This document shows positions 45,390-58,500 of a DNA stretch of 64,000 nucleotides, piece after piece (the stretch's first letter is position 1; each line of letters starts with the position of its first letter). Source of the DNA: a virus; the IMG/VR virus record IMGVR_UViG_3300008450_000020, positions 1-64,000 of that record. One strand, 5' to 3'. The notes below the pieces were generated by a model that worked only from the letters and a program-made list of their open reading frames with translations, searched no databases and was not told where the DNA came from. The translations under genes and the position numbers were made by a program.

Positions 45390-47651
45390 ATGTCAATATT
45401 AAAGAGCTTATTAGGTGGAATTAATTTTCTTACTGGTAGAACTAAAATTACTGTCAGCACTACTGTATCTCGTGCAATCTCTGATGAGATGCTTCCTGAT
45501 TCTAAAATGAAGGGAATGCTAAATGCTTTGATGAAGGATGAAAGTGTTGTTGATAATATTCTAGAAAATTCTGTCCAATCTATTGGTTTACGGACTGAGC
45601 GTATGCATCGCTATGCTCAGAATGATTATGCTTATGGCTTGCCGTCAGGAAGCTTCTTCAGCGCGTCTGCAGGTAACGATGAACTAGAAAGTGTGCTTAT
45701 AGGCTTAGACGGCCCTACAGCCCATTTAGAGTACTTTAAAGTATGTCCTGCAAATTCCCTTCATATAGGATGGATGGAGATTGTGAGTAGGTATAACTAT
45801 AACCAAGCCACAAATGAATTACCTGGTTTGAGTGCTATAAAGCTTTCGCCGGTTTATCTAGTAGACATGGTTGTTCATGTGCCGGCAACTCTATGGGAAA
45901 CCTTGGATAAGACTGTTGTAGAGCAGTGGGGGGATTCTCCTAAGAGTGGGTACACCCCTAAAAGACCATTATTTCAAGCTACTAATTCCATAAGTAATTA
46001 CACCCCTTTCGTAGTCGATCCTGCAATCACTGAGGATTTTATTAAAGTAACTTACGCTTGGGTTACAACAAGCACTGCGGGAGGGATAACTACTAAAACT
46101 CATCATGAGGAAAGTGTAAATATTCCTTTGACAGATTATGTAAGCACGTCTGCTTATTATCATGTGAAATACAGTGTAGGCTCAGTTATTAAGTATTGGA
46201 TGTATGAAGTAGGTTCTGGAGTACATCCTACATTGGATGATGCTTTAACCCCTGATCAAAACACTGCAGGAACATTTTTTCCTATTTTTCATTTTAGGGA
46301 TAAAGGAGTTTCTCTACTTACTAACTCATTAAGTGATGAGTATAAATCTTCTGTACGTGCAGCTAGGGTGCTTGGTTTAGATTTTGGAACAATCGCAGAA
46401 GAGATTGATAAGAATCCTGATATATCTCAAGTTGAACAAGCCATGATGATGTTTGCTGTACCAGCAAATACTGATAACGAAATTGAGATTAATTATTTAT
46501 TTGATTTCTTTGAGAATGTTTATTATGCCAATGGGATAACTACAACCCATGAAACTGTAAATGGTATTTTAGAGAAGCTTCTTAAAAATCCAATTAAAGG
46601 ATTACAGTCTATTGTTATCGAAGACAAGTTATTCAGAATGACTTTGCAATATGACGATATCTTTAAAAGGAATAAAGCTGGGAGTATTGGAGCAATTGGT
46701 AAATGTACTTCAGACGTATTATCTTTACTTGCACCGATAACTTACACAGATCCTTTAGGGACAGTAATCACGGAGAATTTGCCTGCTACTAAACATATTT
46801 ATAGAAAACAGATAACTGATACTGTTTATACAGAGCTGGTTATTACCAATTTGAAGATGACCTATTTTATCTATAATGGTTATAACGTAACTGCAGGAGA
46901 AAATGAAGATATTCTTTTAATTCCTATCGATTATTCAATTACAGAAGATTATGATTTAAGTACTAAAGAAACTTTGTATGCGCGATCTTTGCACTATGTT
47001 TTTAATAGCAAAAATATTTTACATATCAAATGGTATCAAACTGGGGTATTTAAAATATTTGTCATTATTGTGGCAATCGTAATTACTATTTTAAGTAAAG
47101 GAGCTACTTGGCAAGCATTGGTTGCAGCTATTGCTGCGGGAGAAGTTGTTACAGTTCTTTTGATCATTTTAGAAATAGTACTTACACAAATTGCAGTAAA
47201 TTTAGTATTCAAATTATTTGTAAAAGTATTTGGAATTAAGTTGGCTTTTTTAGTTGCCATCATTGCCGCAATTGCTGGGGTAGTTAACGTAATTGATTCT
47301 GGTTCTTTGGCTAACGCTCCATGGGCAACTGAACTTTTACAGATTTCATCTGGGTTATCTGCAGCAGGAAGTAAGAAGATTCAAGAAGGTATTGAAGATC
47401 TATTAAAGGACTTCAATGATTTATCCAATTATATGAAAGAGCAAACCAAGTTATTAGATGATGCTAATGATTTGTTAAACCAGAATGTAAAACTAGATCC
47501 TTTTATTATTCTTGGAGAAAAGCCAAATGACTTTTATAATAGGACTGTACACTCTGGTAATGTAGGAATTCTTGGTATAGATGCAATTAGCATGTATGTA
47601 GATAGTTCTTTAAGATTACCTCAAATAAGCGATTCAATTTCTCAGGAGTAA
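45390..47651 (+). CDS. N4 gp53-like protein with hydrophobic C-terminal segments
   Basis: KWYQTG.F followed by several TM-like helices; conserved position. Confidence 0.75.
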   Translation: MSILKSLLGGINFLTGRTKITVSTTVSRAISDEMLPDSKMKGMLNALMKDESVVDNILENSVQSIGLRTERMHRYAQNDYAYGLPSGSFFSASAGNDELESVLIGLDGPTAHLEYFKVCPANSLHIGWMEIVSRYNYNQATNELPGLSAIKLSPVYLVDMVVHVPATLWETLDKTVVEQWGDSPKSGYTPKRPLFQATNSISNYTPFVVDPAITEDFIKVTYAWVTTSTAGGITTKTHHEESVNIPLTDYVSTSAYYHVKYSVGSVIKYWMYEVGSGVHPTLDDALTPDQNTAGTFFPIFHFRDKGVSLLTNSLSDEYKSSVRAARVLGLDFGTIAEEIDKNPDISQVEQAMMMFAVPANTDNEIEINYLFDFFENVYYANGITTTHETVNGILEKLLKNPIKGLQSIVIEDKLFRMTLQYDDIFKRNKAGSIGAIGKCTSDVLSLLAPITYTDPLGTVITENLPATKHIYRKQITDTVYTELVITNLKMTYFIYNGYNVTAGENEDILLIPIDYSITEDYDLSTKETLYARSLHYVFNSKNILHIKWYQTGVFKIFVIIVAIVITILSKGATWQALVAAIAAGEVVTVLLIILEIVLTQIAVNLVFKLFVKVFGIKLAFLVAIIAAIAGVVNVIDSGSLANAPWATELLQISSGLSAAGSKKIQEGIEDLLKDFNDLSNYMKEQTKLLDDANDLLNQNVKLDPFIILGEKPNDFYNRTVHSGNVGILGIDAISMYVDSSLRLPQISDSISQE

Positions 47652-47654
47652 ATC

Positions 47655-48125
47655 ATGACAACATGGAATAATGGACAATTTTCAAATGGACCCGCTGCAT
47701 ACGGTTCTATGGTGAATTATGGTATGGGTAATATGAGTTCTTTCTTAGGGAATTCTCCTGAAAGCTACATAAATCCTAAAGCAGATTTTGCGCCTTTTAA
47801 TTTTAATATGGGGAGTATTCCAAATGTTAAAACAGCAAATTCTCCTAGTTTTTTAGATGGGATGATTGGCTCTAAAGATGCACCTGGTTGGGGAGGTTTA
47901 GCTTTGAATGCTGCACAAGGTTTAGGTAATATGTGGATGGGTTATAAAGGGTTAAAGAATGCCCAAGATACTCTTAAAGAGAACCGTAGACAGTTTGATT
48001 TAAATTGGGGTGCTCAAGCTAAGACTACTAATGCTCAACTTGCTGGACAACATTCTGCACGCTTAGCTGCAGGTGGGGTTAATTACAGTAGCTTGAATGA
48101 TTACATGAAAAAATACGGGATCTAA
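47655..48125 (+). CDS. Ejection protein (N4 gp52-like)
   Basis: Gly/Asn-rich; position before gp51 and vRNAP. Confidence 0.7.
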   Translation: MTTWNNGQFSNGPAAYGSMVNYGMGNMSSFLGNSPESYINPKADFAPFNFNMGSIPNVKTANSPSFLDGMIGSKDAPGWGGLALNAAQGLGNMWMGYKGLKNAQDTLKENRRQFDLNWGAQAKTTNAQLAGQHSARLAAGGVNYSSLNDYMKKYGI

Positions 48126-48127
48126 TT

Positions 48128-49480
48128 ATGGGACAGCCTATTACATGGAGAACAATCATGGGACCTTCACCTGCTGAAGCTACCCGTGGTTTAGAACTTG
48201 CCCAACGAAGCATTAATGCTGGTTTTGGGAATTTTACTAACGCTTTTAACCAAGCAGAGGATCGTAATACAACGATTCTCAATACAGAGAAAGCTGCTAA
48301 TTTACTTGGTTTAAAGAATGCTTTAAAAGAAAAATACACTACTCCGGAAGCGTATCAACAAGCAGTAGCTTCAGGTGAGATAGGTAGAATGGTTGGTCAG
48401 TATGGTAATCAAATTAACGGAGAAGCTGCTGCACAGTTTACAGATGGGCGCTTAAAAGAACTGCGCACAGGTGTATTAGATAATATCAATTACACTGATA
48501 AAACTACAGAAGCTGCTCAACGACCTGTTGTAGAGTCTTTGTATGCACGCTTATATGCTGGGGATAAAACTGCTATAGCAGATGCACAAAAGCTAGGCAT
48601 ACGTAATTTAAGTAAGCTTGCAGAAACCAACTACAACATAGGAAATAATGCTTTTGACCAAAGTATTAAAGGGGCAAACTTAGGTATTAATGCTGCTGAA
48701 CTGGGAATGAAGCAACAGACTTTACCACATCAAATAAATCAGATGAAGGCTAGTGCTGCAGCAGCCAATGCCGGTGTAAAGCTGTCTAGAGATATCTTCA
48801 ATATGAATAAGGCAGATAAAGAAGCTGACAACATAAGACAGGTAGCTGAATTTTTATCTGGAGATTCTTCTTCTGGTAGTAGTGGTAGTGCTGGAAAATC
48901 TGGAGCCAGCAAAGGTAAATTATCAGACAACAACATGTTTAATTCAGGTACTCTAGATACTGAAGAAGGACGAAGGAATTTGATTAAAGGAATTGAGGCT
49001 CGTAAATTACCTCCTAATGTTGCTCAAGATATTCTCGATCAAGATTGGACAGAATTAACCGGACCGGATGGGAAAAAGTCTAAACAACCAATTCCAGTTT
49101 CGTTGATTCTTTCTAAATTGGATAATACTTCTGAACTAGGTAGTGGTAGTTTTTGGAGTACTAGAGGGGATAGCGCACGTTCTTTAGTTAAAAACATGTT
49201 TAAAGGAGATACCCAAGTAAATAGAATTGAGCGTGATCAGTTAATGGCTGATTACACAGAATACCTTAAAGCTACTTCAGGTAAAAATGGAACAGGGGTG
49301 TCTGAAACACGTAACTTGGATGCTTTACGCGCTGCTATGGGGTATTCAATATCCGGTAAAAACACAAAAGATGTAACTCCTGAAGATATGATGTTGCTTA
49401 AATTTTTAGATAAGTTAAAAGAAAGTAAAACTCCATTACCTGCTGGTATCCCCCCAAATATTCCGGAATACCAACAATAA
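48128..49480 (+). CDS. Ejection protein (N4 gp51-like)
   Basis: PITWR N-terminus, no Cys seen, position before vRNAP. Confidence 0.7.
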   Translation: MGQPITWRTIMGPSPAEATRGLELAQRSINAGFGNFTNAFNQAEDRNTTILNTEKAANLLGLKNALKEKYTTPEAYQQAVASGEIGRMVGQYGNQINGEAAAQFTDGRLKELRTGVLDNINYTDKTTEAAQRPVVESLYARLYAGDKTAIADAQKLGIRNLSKLAETNYNIGNNAFDQSIKGANLGINAAELGMKQQTLPHQINQMKASAAAANAGVKLSRDIFNMNKADKEADNIRQVAEFLSGDSSSGSSGSAGKSGASKGKLSDNNMFNSGTLDTEEGRRNLIKGIEARKLPPNVAQDILDQDWTELTGPDGKKSKQPIPVSLILSKLDNTSELGSGSFWSTRGDSARSLVKNMFKGDTQVNRIERDQLMADYTEYLKATSGKNGTGVSETRNLDALRAAMGYSISGKNTKDVTPEDMMLLKFLDKLKESKTPLPAGIPPNIPEYQQ

Positions 49481-49497
49481 GTAGTACAACAAAACAG

Positions 49498-49527
49498 AAT
49501 AGGGGCTTAGGCCCCTATTTTTATTTT
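49498..49527 (+). terminator. Rho-independent terminator
   Basis: AATAGGGGC-ttag-GCCCCTATT followed by TTTATTTT. Confidence 0.8.
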
Positions 49528-49588
49528 GAGACATCTAAAAGGTAATCTGATAAAGTAACAACCTATTAAATCTTACCGGAAAAATACT

Positions 49589-52500
49589 ATGGATATTTCT
49601 CGTTTAGGCCAATTAATGACCCTTCAAGACTCTTTCAATAAAACTCAAAGAGAGAAAACGAGAGGTAAATTAGGGCAGCTAGATGAAGCAAGTGCAACTA
49701 AGCTAGCGGCATTACAGTACACCATCGATAAAAATAATGAAGAAGTGTCTGCATATAAGAATACATGGGCAGCCGGTGTACAAGGTGCTTTAGGATTAGA
49801 ACAAAAGAGATCTGGTGCTTTATATCAAGCGATTAACTTGCCAGCTACAGCACTGTATGCATTATCTGACAAGGGTATTGGTAATGCTGTAACCAGCACA
49901 ATGCAATCTGGAGATGTAATTAGCCCTGCTGAACGTGATGCTTACAATCGTGAATTAGCAGGTAAAGCTACCCCTGAAGATACTGCTTTATTGAATTCTT
50001 CTGACAAAATAGCATTAGGAGGTATGATTGACCATGTCACTAAAATGCCTATTCATCAGCCTATCTCAGGCACTGTTAGAGATAAAATCAAAATTGATTT
50101 AGGGGTAAAAGAGTCATCTAAAAAAGTTACAGACTTTTTTGATATTAAATCTATTCGTGATACTGCAGACCAAGAGGCATTCAGAGCAGGCATTACTGAA
50201 AATTTTGATCTCGGTTGGGATAAAGTTAAAAAAGGGTTTAGTCAAGATTCCAAAGCATCTACTTGGGAAAAAACTAAAGATATTTTTTCTGGTTTAGATC
50301 AGATTGTTTCAGATGTTGGGTCAAGTGCTGCTAACAATAAGATGGGTATTGTAAGTTACGCAGCGGAAAACTTACACAACCTATTTCTACCTGCAGGTAT
50401 TAATGTTGCTTCCAATGCTGGGTATGCAAACAGAGAATACAGAGATGCTTACTTAGATAAATTGAAAACTACAGGGCAATTACCTAATGCCTCTGAACAA
50501 GCAGGTATGGTGGGTAATGCTGCTTTAGCCTTTGGCGTTGAATACATGGGTGATCATGTATTACGTAAGTTATCTGGTTTAGGTGGGAAAAAGATTATCA
50601 ATTCAATTGATGAAATCGTTCCTGCTACTGCTATACAAAAAGCTTTACGTGTTACTGGGGCTACTACAGGAAGTATGGCTTCTGAAGCAGGTACAGAAGG
50701 CTATCAAACTTACCTTGAGGAAAAGATCAAAGGTAAAGAAGCCTCTGCAAAACAGATCTTTGAAGGCGCTGTAATTGGCGCATTCTCTTCTGGTGGTATG
50801 ACTGCGCCTACAAGTATTGCAAGTAACTTTTTAGGCAAGTCTCCGGAACAACAATTAGAAGACCAATTCAAAGCCAATAAAGCAATGGATATTGAGACTG
50901 CTGTTCAGGCTAAAGATGTTTCTGCATTCATAGATCCAGCTTCTCCTAAATACGCTCCTGATACTGCTATGGTGGCATTGAGTGCATTGGTTCAATCTGC
51001 TGATATTACCCCAGAAGAGAAAGCTTCTTTTGTAGAACAAAGTAATGCCATTGCACAACAGATAGAAGATCAGAAAGTAGAGGTAGGTGCTAAGTTAAGT
51101 GGTGTTGGTATGACACCAGAACAAGTACAGGAAGCTGAAGCTAATATTCAAGATTACACTGCTGCACTTGCAACAATACCTGAAACTGAGACTCAGTTAA
51201 TTCAGGATATTAATAATCAAATTCAAGTAGAAACATTGAAGCTTGAGGCAGCATCATATTCTCAAGAACAGATAGATTCTTTGAATACAGAAGCTAAAGC
51301 ATTGTCTCGTATTAGTGAAGAAGTATCTTCTGCTAAAGCACAGATATCTTCTATAGCAGCTCCAATTGATACTGAGATCAATGTTGATGAAGCAATCAGT
51401 AATATTTCAACTGAACCAGCAAACGTATCCAAAGTAATTAACTTGTCTATGGCAAGTAGAGAAGCTTTATCTGATATGCAGGTAAGTCAATTAGAGCAGC
51501 TTGCAAATGACACTACATCTCCAATGACAGAAGGTGAGCGCACTTATTTTAAAGTGATGGCTACTACTCGTGCTTTAGAAAACTCACTAAAGACAGCTAA
51601 TCAAGTTAGTGAAGAAGTGCTTTATGGTAGCAAACCAAAAGCAAAGACTTACTTTAAAGGTACTACACAATATCGTGAAGAGATTGCTAATGCATTGAAG
51701 ACTGGTAGCCCAGAACTCGCTACTAAGCTTATTGGTTCATTAGAGACATTTGCTAAAGACCATGCTGAGAAAGCGCGTGTGTATGCTAAGGCGATGTCAC
51801 GAGGTCAAGAGCAAGGTGCTAATGTATCCATTACTCGTTACAACGGTAATTGGAAAATTGTACCTAATGGATACAAGCTTGAAGGTAAACAGAAAGCAGA
51901 AGCTTTGGTTGCAGCTAGTCCTAAGTTTCAAGAGAAGATCGCGCAAGAAAGTAATCTGATCAATAGTACATTAGGTGAGATGAAAGCTTTGGTCGGTGCT
52001 TATAGTAATCCTGGTTCAGTAAGTGTTGCCCCAGTTACTGAGACTGCCTCTGTTGTACCTACTCAAAGTATTGAACAAACTCCTTTAACAGGGAATACAG
52101 AAGTTATTCCAGAAGTTTTATTTCAAGATCAACTAGCGCAGCAAGAACAACAAGATGTACAACCTACTTTAGAAGGAATTCAAAATGAGTCTCAAGCCAT
52201 TGAAGCCAAGCAAACAGAAGCGCAAGGACAAGAATCAAAACAAACTACCGAAGGTAGTAATGTAAACCCAAGTTCAGAGATTTCTCTTGCAACCCAAGAT
52301 AATCCTTCTGAAGCAATACAAGACGGATCAAACATTCAAGAACCAAGCGTATCTGAGGGTGTCTCTACAGGCACGCCTACAGAAGCCCCAAACGAGGCTA
52401 CAGAGACTTCTTTGCCTACAGACGGTAAGTTATCCTACTTAGTTCCGGAAAGCTCTCTGGGAGCTTTAGGAGTGTCCCAAAGCCAAGGTAATAAAGCAGG

Positions 52501-55500
52501 TTCTGTACGTCCTTTGGTTGTGGTTAAAGATTTCCTGTCTAAATGGCTAGGAGGTGAGATTGACCCTGCTCAGTATTTGACAGAAGGAGCTTCCCAAAAC
52601 ATCACAGAAGCGCAGCAGAATACTTTGAATAGTGTTCGTACATTGCTTCCTAATTGGGTATCTGCAGTTGTCGATAACTTCCGTTACAACGAAAAAGCAA
52701 AGAATAATTTTGATGATTACACACAATTCTTTATTGATGAGAGCGGTGTATCTGAAGAGAACTTTGCTACTGCAATCGCATTTGCAGCTTACAGCTTTGT
52801 GAATATGCAGGCTAATCGTCCTTTAGTAAATAAACGTGAAACAGTCATTGAATTGTTTAAAGGTGAAATTGGTGTACTTACTCCAAAAGGAGAGAAGCTA
52901 TTAAACACATTGACTAATACTAAAGCAGAAGCAATTGATGCTATTGGTTCATTGGCTTATCGTGCATTAGGTTTAAAGATTACTGAAGATACACCAAGCA
53001 ATGTAGAGCCAATGATTAAAAGCGCATTAGGCGTACATGGTTTACTCTTGCTTGAGCGTAAAGGAATTGTTGAACGTATCAATTTGAAGCGTAAGACAAT
53101 TGAATCTGCTTTTGATCGTTCTGTTTTGAGCGCAAGAGTTCCTACAGATAAGCAAGTGTATGACAAGGAATCGGTAGTTGAATTTGTTCGTATGGTTTCT
53201 GTTTTAGATGACAAGAAACAAAAGACAATCACATCTATCGCTAAGTCGATTAAAGATAATAATGTTGAGAGCCGTGACATTGTTAATCGTTTATTTGGTG
53301 CTGAGAAACTAGGTGCAGTTGCATCTACTAAGCCGTATAAATATACTCAAGTAACTGCTAAACGACGTACATTAGGTATTCCTAATTCTCAACGTAAAGT
53401 GATTGAAGCTAATCATCAAATAGGTAGATATGTAAATCCAACGATGTTAGAAGCTATCAATGTATTCGGTAAAGAAGCTATTTTGCGTATGGCAGGATTT
53501 AAAGATATCGTTATTGATCGCGTACAAGCCATGGCTCGTGATAGTGTCATTGCTCAAAACGAAAATCTTGAATTGCAGTTGTCTCGGTTTATGGCGGCTA
53601 AGGATTTAGCTTTTAATCCTAATGCTGAATCAGATCAAGATACTTACAGCAATCCTTTATATGTGGCTCAAGAAGTATTAGGCAATCAACGTGCCGGTTA
53701 CTCTACGCTTGATCTAAATCAACAGACTTCAAAGATTGCTCGTGCTTCCCTATATCATAAAGAATGGGAATCTACAGTTGATATGAATGATATGGATCAA
53801 TTCTTTATTGCTGTAGCAAACGGAATTGGCATCAAGATTGATAATCAAAACAATGCTAAAACCATTGTTATATTAAAAGAAAAATTGACTAAAGATCGTC
53901 AATTGGCTTCAACAGTTACTTTATTACGTCAAGGGTTCTTTGAAGGTAAGCCTGTATTTGATCAAACCGGAAACGTAGAAACTGTAGTTCAGCAAGTAGC
54001 TAAAGAAGGAATCATGTCTCTTCCTTACTTATTAGCATTGGCTCAGTATGGGTACGCAAAGCAAACAGGACAAACATCATTCAAGGTTAATTTCCCTGTA
54101 GGTAGTGATGCTAAGAATAGTGGCCCAGCTCTCACCAATTTTTTCCTTGGTGCTGCTGATTATGACCGTCTTAACAAAACTGGATTCTACAGCACAGAAC
54201 AAGGACAAGCAGATCACTTTTCTCAGTACCGTGAGCAACCAGATAGTATGGATTTGTATGAAGATTTATTCTCTAAAGTAATTTCTACTATGTGGGGCAT
54301 GGCTTACAGTGCTAAACACCCATGGTTTAACAAAGCTGACTTGCAGAACATGCTAGTGATCACCGGTGAATTTAAAGATCGTAAAACAGGTAAGGTAACT
54401 AGCAAAGGACGTAACTATGCTAAGACTCCTACTACTGGTTTTAACTTTGGTTCCTCAGTACAGAAAGCTGTACAAGGTATGTATGAATACTTTTTAGAAG
54501 ACATCTCTAAGACGATAGAAGATATCGTTAAAGGGGATAATAAAGATGTCTCTTTAAAGAATTATTTAGCTGCTTTGAACAAGGCAATTGTGTTTGGTAA
54601 TAACAATCCTTTAGCGGAATATAAAGCTTCATTATTAGATTTGAATATGGATGAAGATGCTGCTTTGGATTTGGTATTAACCGATGATCAGTTAGCTGCT
54701 TTACAGTATGCGTTTATCCAGATGATAGGTAATCCTGCTACCTCTGCTATGTATGCTTACTATAAGACTTTCTTGGGGCGTAGAAACAAGTTAAGTGCAA
54801 CTATCAATTCTACTTTTGTTATTTATGATGAAGCCCGTAAAGCATTACATGTAGCTAAGCTTAAAGAATTGGTCGACGCAGGAACTATTCCTAAAAAAAC
54901 CTACTTGAATAAAGCCGGTGAAATTGTAGTGACTGAAGAACCTATGTTTGATTTGTCAGCAAATCAAATGAAGGAAATCGACAATACTCTGAAAGATTTG
55001 TTTCCTGCGGTGCATTCCTACATGAGCGCTCTGGAAAACAACCCAGATGCAAAAGTGTCTTTAGTGAAAAATGATAAAGCCCGTGAAAAGAGTTCTCCTT
55101 ACAAAGCCAAGGTACAGACTAAATACACGTTAACAAATGCACAGTATAAAGATTCTAAGCAATTGATTACAGATAGTTATGTTCCTAGCTTACAAGCACC
55201 TGGGGCAGGAGGCACACCTTACATCATTCACTCAAGTGAATCTTCAATCATGCATTTTGCACTGGCTCAGGTAGATGGTGCTTTAGGTGTCCATGATGAA
55301 GGTAACTCTGGTCTGAAAGATGCAGTAAAAATGTCACAATCTTTGAACCAAGGAGCAGCAGATGTATTGCTTAAGTATTCTCCATTAGGACAAACCGAAG
55401 CACTCTTAAATAACTCATTATTTAATTTTGCTAAGTTGATCCATGAAGGAAAGATCCCTAAAGAAACAGCAGATGCTGTGAATAAAGGATTGGCAGAAAT

Positions 55501-58500
55501 AGCACAACGATTGAATAAAGATGCTCCTATTACTTCTGGTTTCTCTGCAATGACCCAAGTGACTTTTAATAATACTTGGGATGGGGAATACCAACGTCTG
55601 AGTGTTTTAAAGGAGCTTAAGAGCGTAGATCATTATCCATTAGAGGGTGGACAATATGAAGTACCACAAGCTAATCGTGATTATGCAAAAGCAAAAATAG
55701 ATCAACTTAAGAAACGTACTAAACTTTCTGGACGTACTAAAGAAGTAAACAGATACTTAAACGATCTGACTAAAGAATCACAAAAAACATTAGTAACTAC
55801 AGAACAGTTGAAGACAAAGATGTGGGAAATTATTCGTGCATTTAAAAGCGGAGAAGTTACACAGCAAGAATATGAAATTGCTAGGGAAGCTTTGATTAAT
55901 CAAAATTCTGGTTTTGAAAATGTGCTTAATGAAGACATGGCGCAAGGTATTAAAGATCTGAATGACTTCATTAATCAAGATGTTGAGCTTGCTCGTGCAG
56001 TGGCTATTGCATTTAATCAAGAAGAAATTTCAGGTAAATTATCTATTCCTACAAAGGAGGATACCGGCACATCTCCTGTAAAGCAGGATCAGGAATTGGT
56101 TGACTTTTTAGAAGCAAACAAGGAAACAACCACAACTGAAGTGAAAGCAAAGTTAAAAGAAATTCTCTCCAAGAAAAAAGGAAATGAATTTTTATTAGCT
56201 CTGTTAGATAAGCTGACTGCAAATGTAAAGGTGATTTATGCAGAACCAGGAACTCCGGTATTAGAGAATCCTTTGGTTCCTTCTCGTGGATGGTTTATCA
56301 CTAAGCATAATCAAGAAGCTATTTATATTACTTCTGCTGATCAAAAACACTCTGGCATTACTGCAGAGGTATTGGTACATGAAATGCTTCATGCAAATCT
56401 TGCTTATTTAATCCAAACAACCAAAGCACAGCAAATCAAAAATCCAAACTACACAAGTTTGACTCTTGATTTGATTAAGGATCTAGAAGCTTTATTTGAG
56501 CAAGCAAAGCAACAAGAAACTTTTGAAGTATTTGCTAATGAAGTAAACAGCTTAGATGAGTTCATTTCTTATGGTTTAACGAATCAAGAATTTATTGATG
56601 CTGTAATGTCTAACGTAACTTTTGAAAGCACACAGAAAGACAATGCATTAGTTAAGCAAACTTTAGTACAAAAATTCATCGATACACTGGTGAAAATATT
56701 CTTTAGAAAATCTGATGCAACAGCTAATGCAGGCATGACTACGCTCATTACTAATGTATCTGGTTTGCTTCAAATAGTTGCTGATGTAAATGAAGAGTCT
56801 GCAGAAGATATCAATCTTTCTATGGCTGCTAAGCAACGCAGAAAAATCTACAATTACACTACTTTGGATATCTTCTCTGCTTTGGAGAATTTTGGTAATA
56901 CAAAGGTTTCTAGTGCGTTCCAAGTACGGATGAATAATGTTCTTTCTTCTATCGTAGGAAAAGTGCTTACTCCTTCTGGATCATTAGGTGAATCTTTAAT
57001 GAAGAATCAACCTATTGGTCCAGTGAATGTATGGATGCGTGCTTTGAATACCGGTAAAGCTGCATTAGCTTATGAAGCACACAAAGCAACATTCCCAGTT
57101 TCACACCAAGAATTATTTGTTATGGAACAGGTAGAAGCTGCTTTTGAGGAAGCATCTAAAGTACAAGCAAACGATGGCAGCATTGTTATGCGTGAACTTG
57201 AGTACGTATATAACCGGGCTGAAGGTTTATTGAAAGTTGAAGATTTCTTAGAAGATCAAGTAAATCCTACTGCTCAAGATAAAGCACGCGCACGGGAGTA
57301 CTATGACTTTTTATTCAAACTTACTCCAGATGCTAATGGTGTATCCCATCACTTGAGTAGATTTGCTGCTGCTGTATTAGGTAATGAGAAGATCAATTCT
57401 GTATTGGATATCCGTGGTGATTTACAAGATCAGGATACTTATGGTCTAACTTTTGCTGAAAAGATCCAACGTCTTTTTGAACGTGCATTAAGTATGTTCA
57501 CTGGTTTGATCACGAAGTCAAAACGTGATGATCCTTTGAATGTTCGTGTAGAAGCCTTGGTTTCTCGCTTAGTAGATATCGAGGCTAAGCGTAAATCATC
57601 CTTGTTACATCAAAATAAGATTGAAGCTACTTTAGGCATCCCAGATGACCTCGCACAGAAAGGTGCAATGGGAATCAAGGAAGCATTAAACAAACTCTCT
57701 AAAACATCTATGATCACAAATAGTAAGTTTGCTGCTATCCGTGCTTCAGGGCAGTTTGCAGAGCTATTGGCGAATGATCGTGTAAAGAATGCTGTGGACG
57801 GTTTAACGGTGATTAGAGATCAATTGGTAGATGGTAAGCATGGATTTATCATGCAGCTTGTCGACACGGTTAAAGGCCCTGCAAATTGGGCGCAAGCACT
57901 GTTGCGGCATAACAAGCATCTTCAGAACTTAAAAGTAACAATGAAGAACCAAACAGCAAAGAATGTACTGAGCAGTTTTGTTAATGAAGGGAAAGATTTA
58001 ACAGACAACGATAAGGCTACTATTACTCAAGTATTTTTGCGTACCGGTGCTCATCATTTATTTGATAAATTTGGCATTTCCGGAATCTATGAATTACTCA
58101 CAGATTCTACAAAATTGAATAATGAAATCTCTGCTTTAGAAACTTTATTAAATCAATTTGATTTGCCTGGGACTAAATACAAAACCAGTGAGTATTACAA
58201 GATGCAAGCTAGTTCTTTGGCTTCCTATAAACTTACAGGAGTAAATACTTTGAGTGGTGGTTTGTTATTGAATGCACATAACATTGCTTTCAAAGCTGGG
58301 TCACCAATTCAAGGCGTAACAACTGCGCAAGCTGATCAAGCAATTCCTATGTTGGAATCCTTGATTACTTTGTATGGCTTACGTATGTCAACTGAGAAAG
58401 CAGATGCTGCGCGTATCCTTAAAACTGAAATGGATCGTAATGGTTTGAATGGTGTAGAGGTTGTATTGCTTTACCATAAAAAATTCGATAAGGACTCTCG

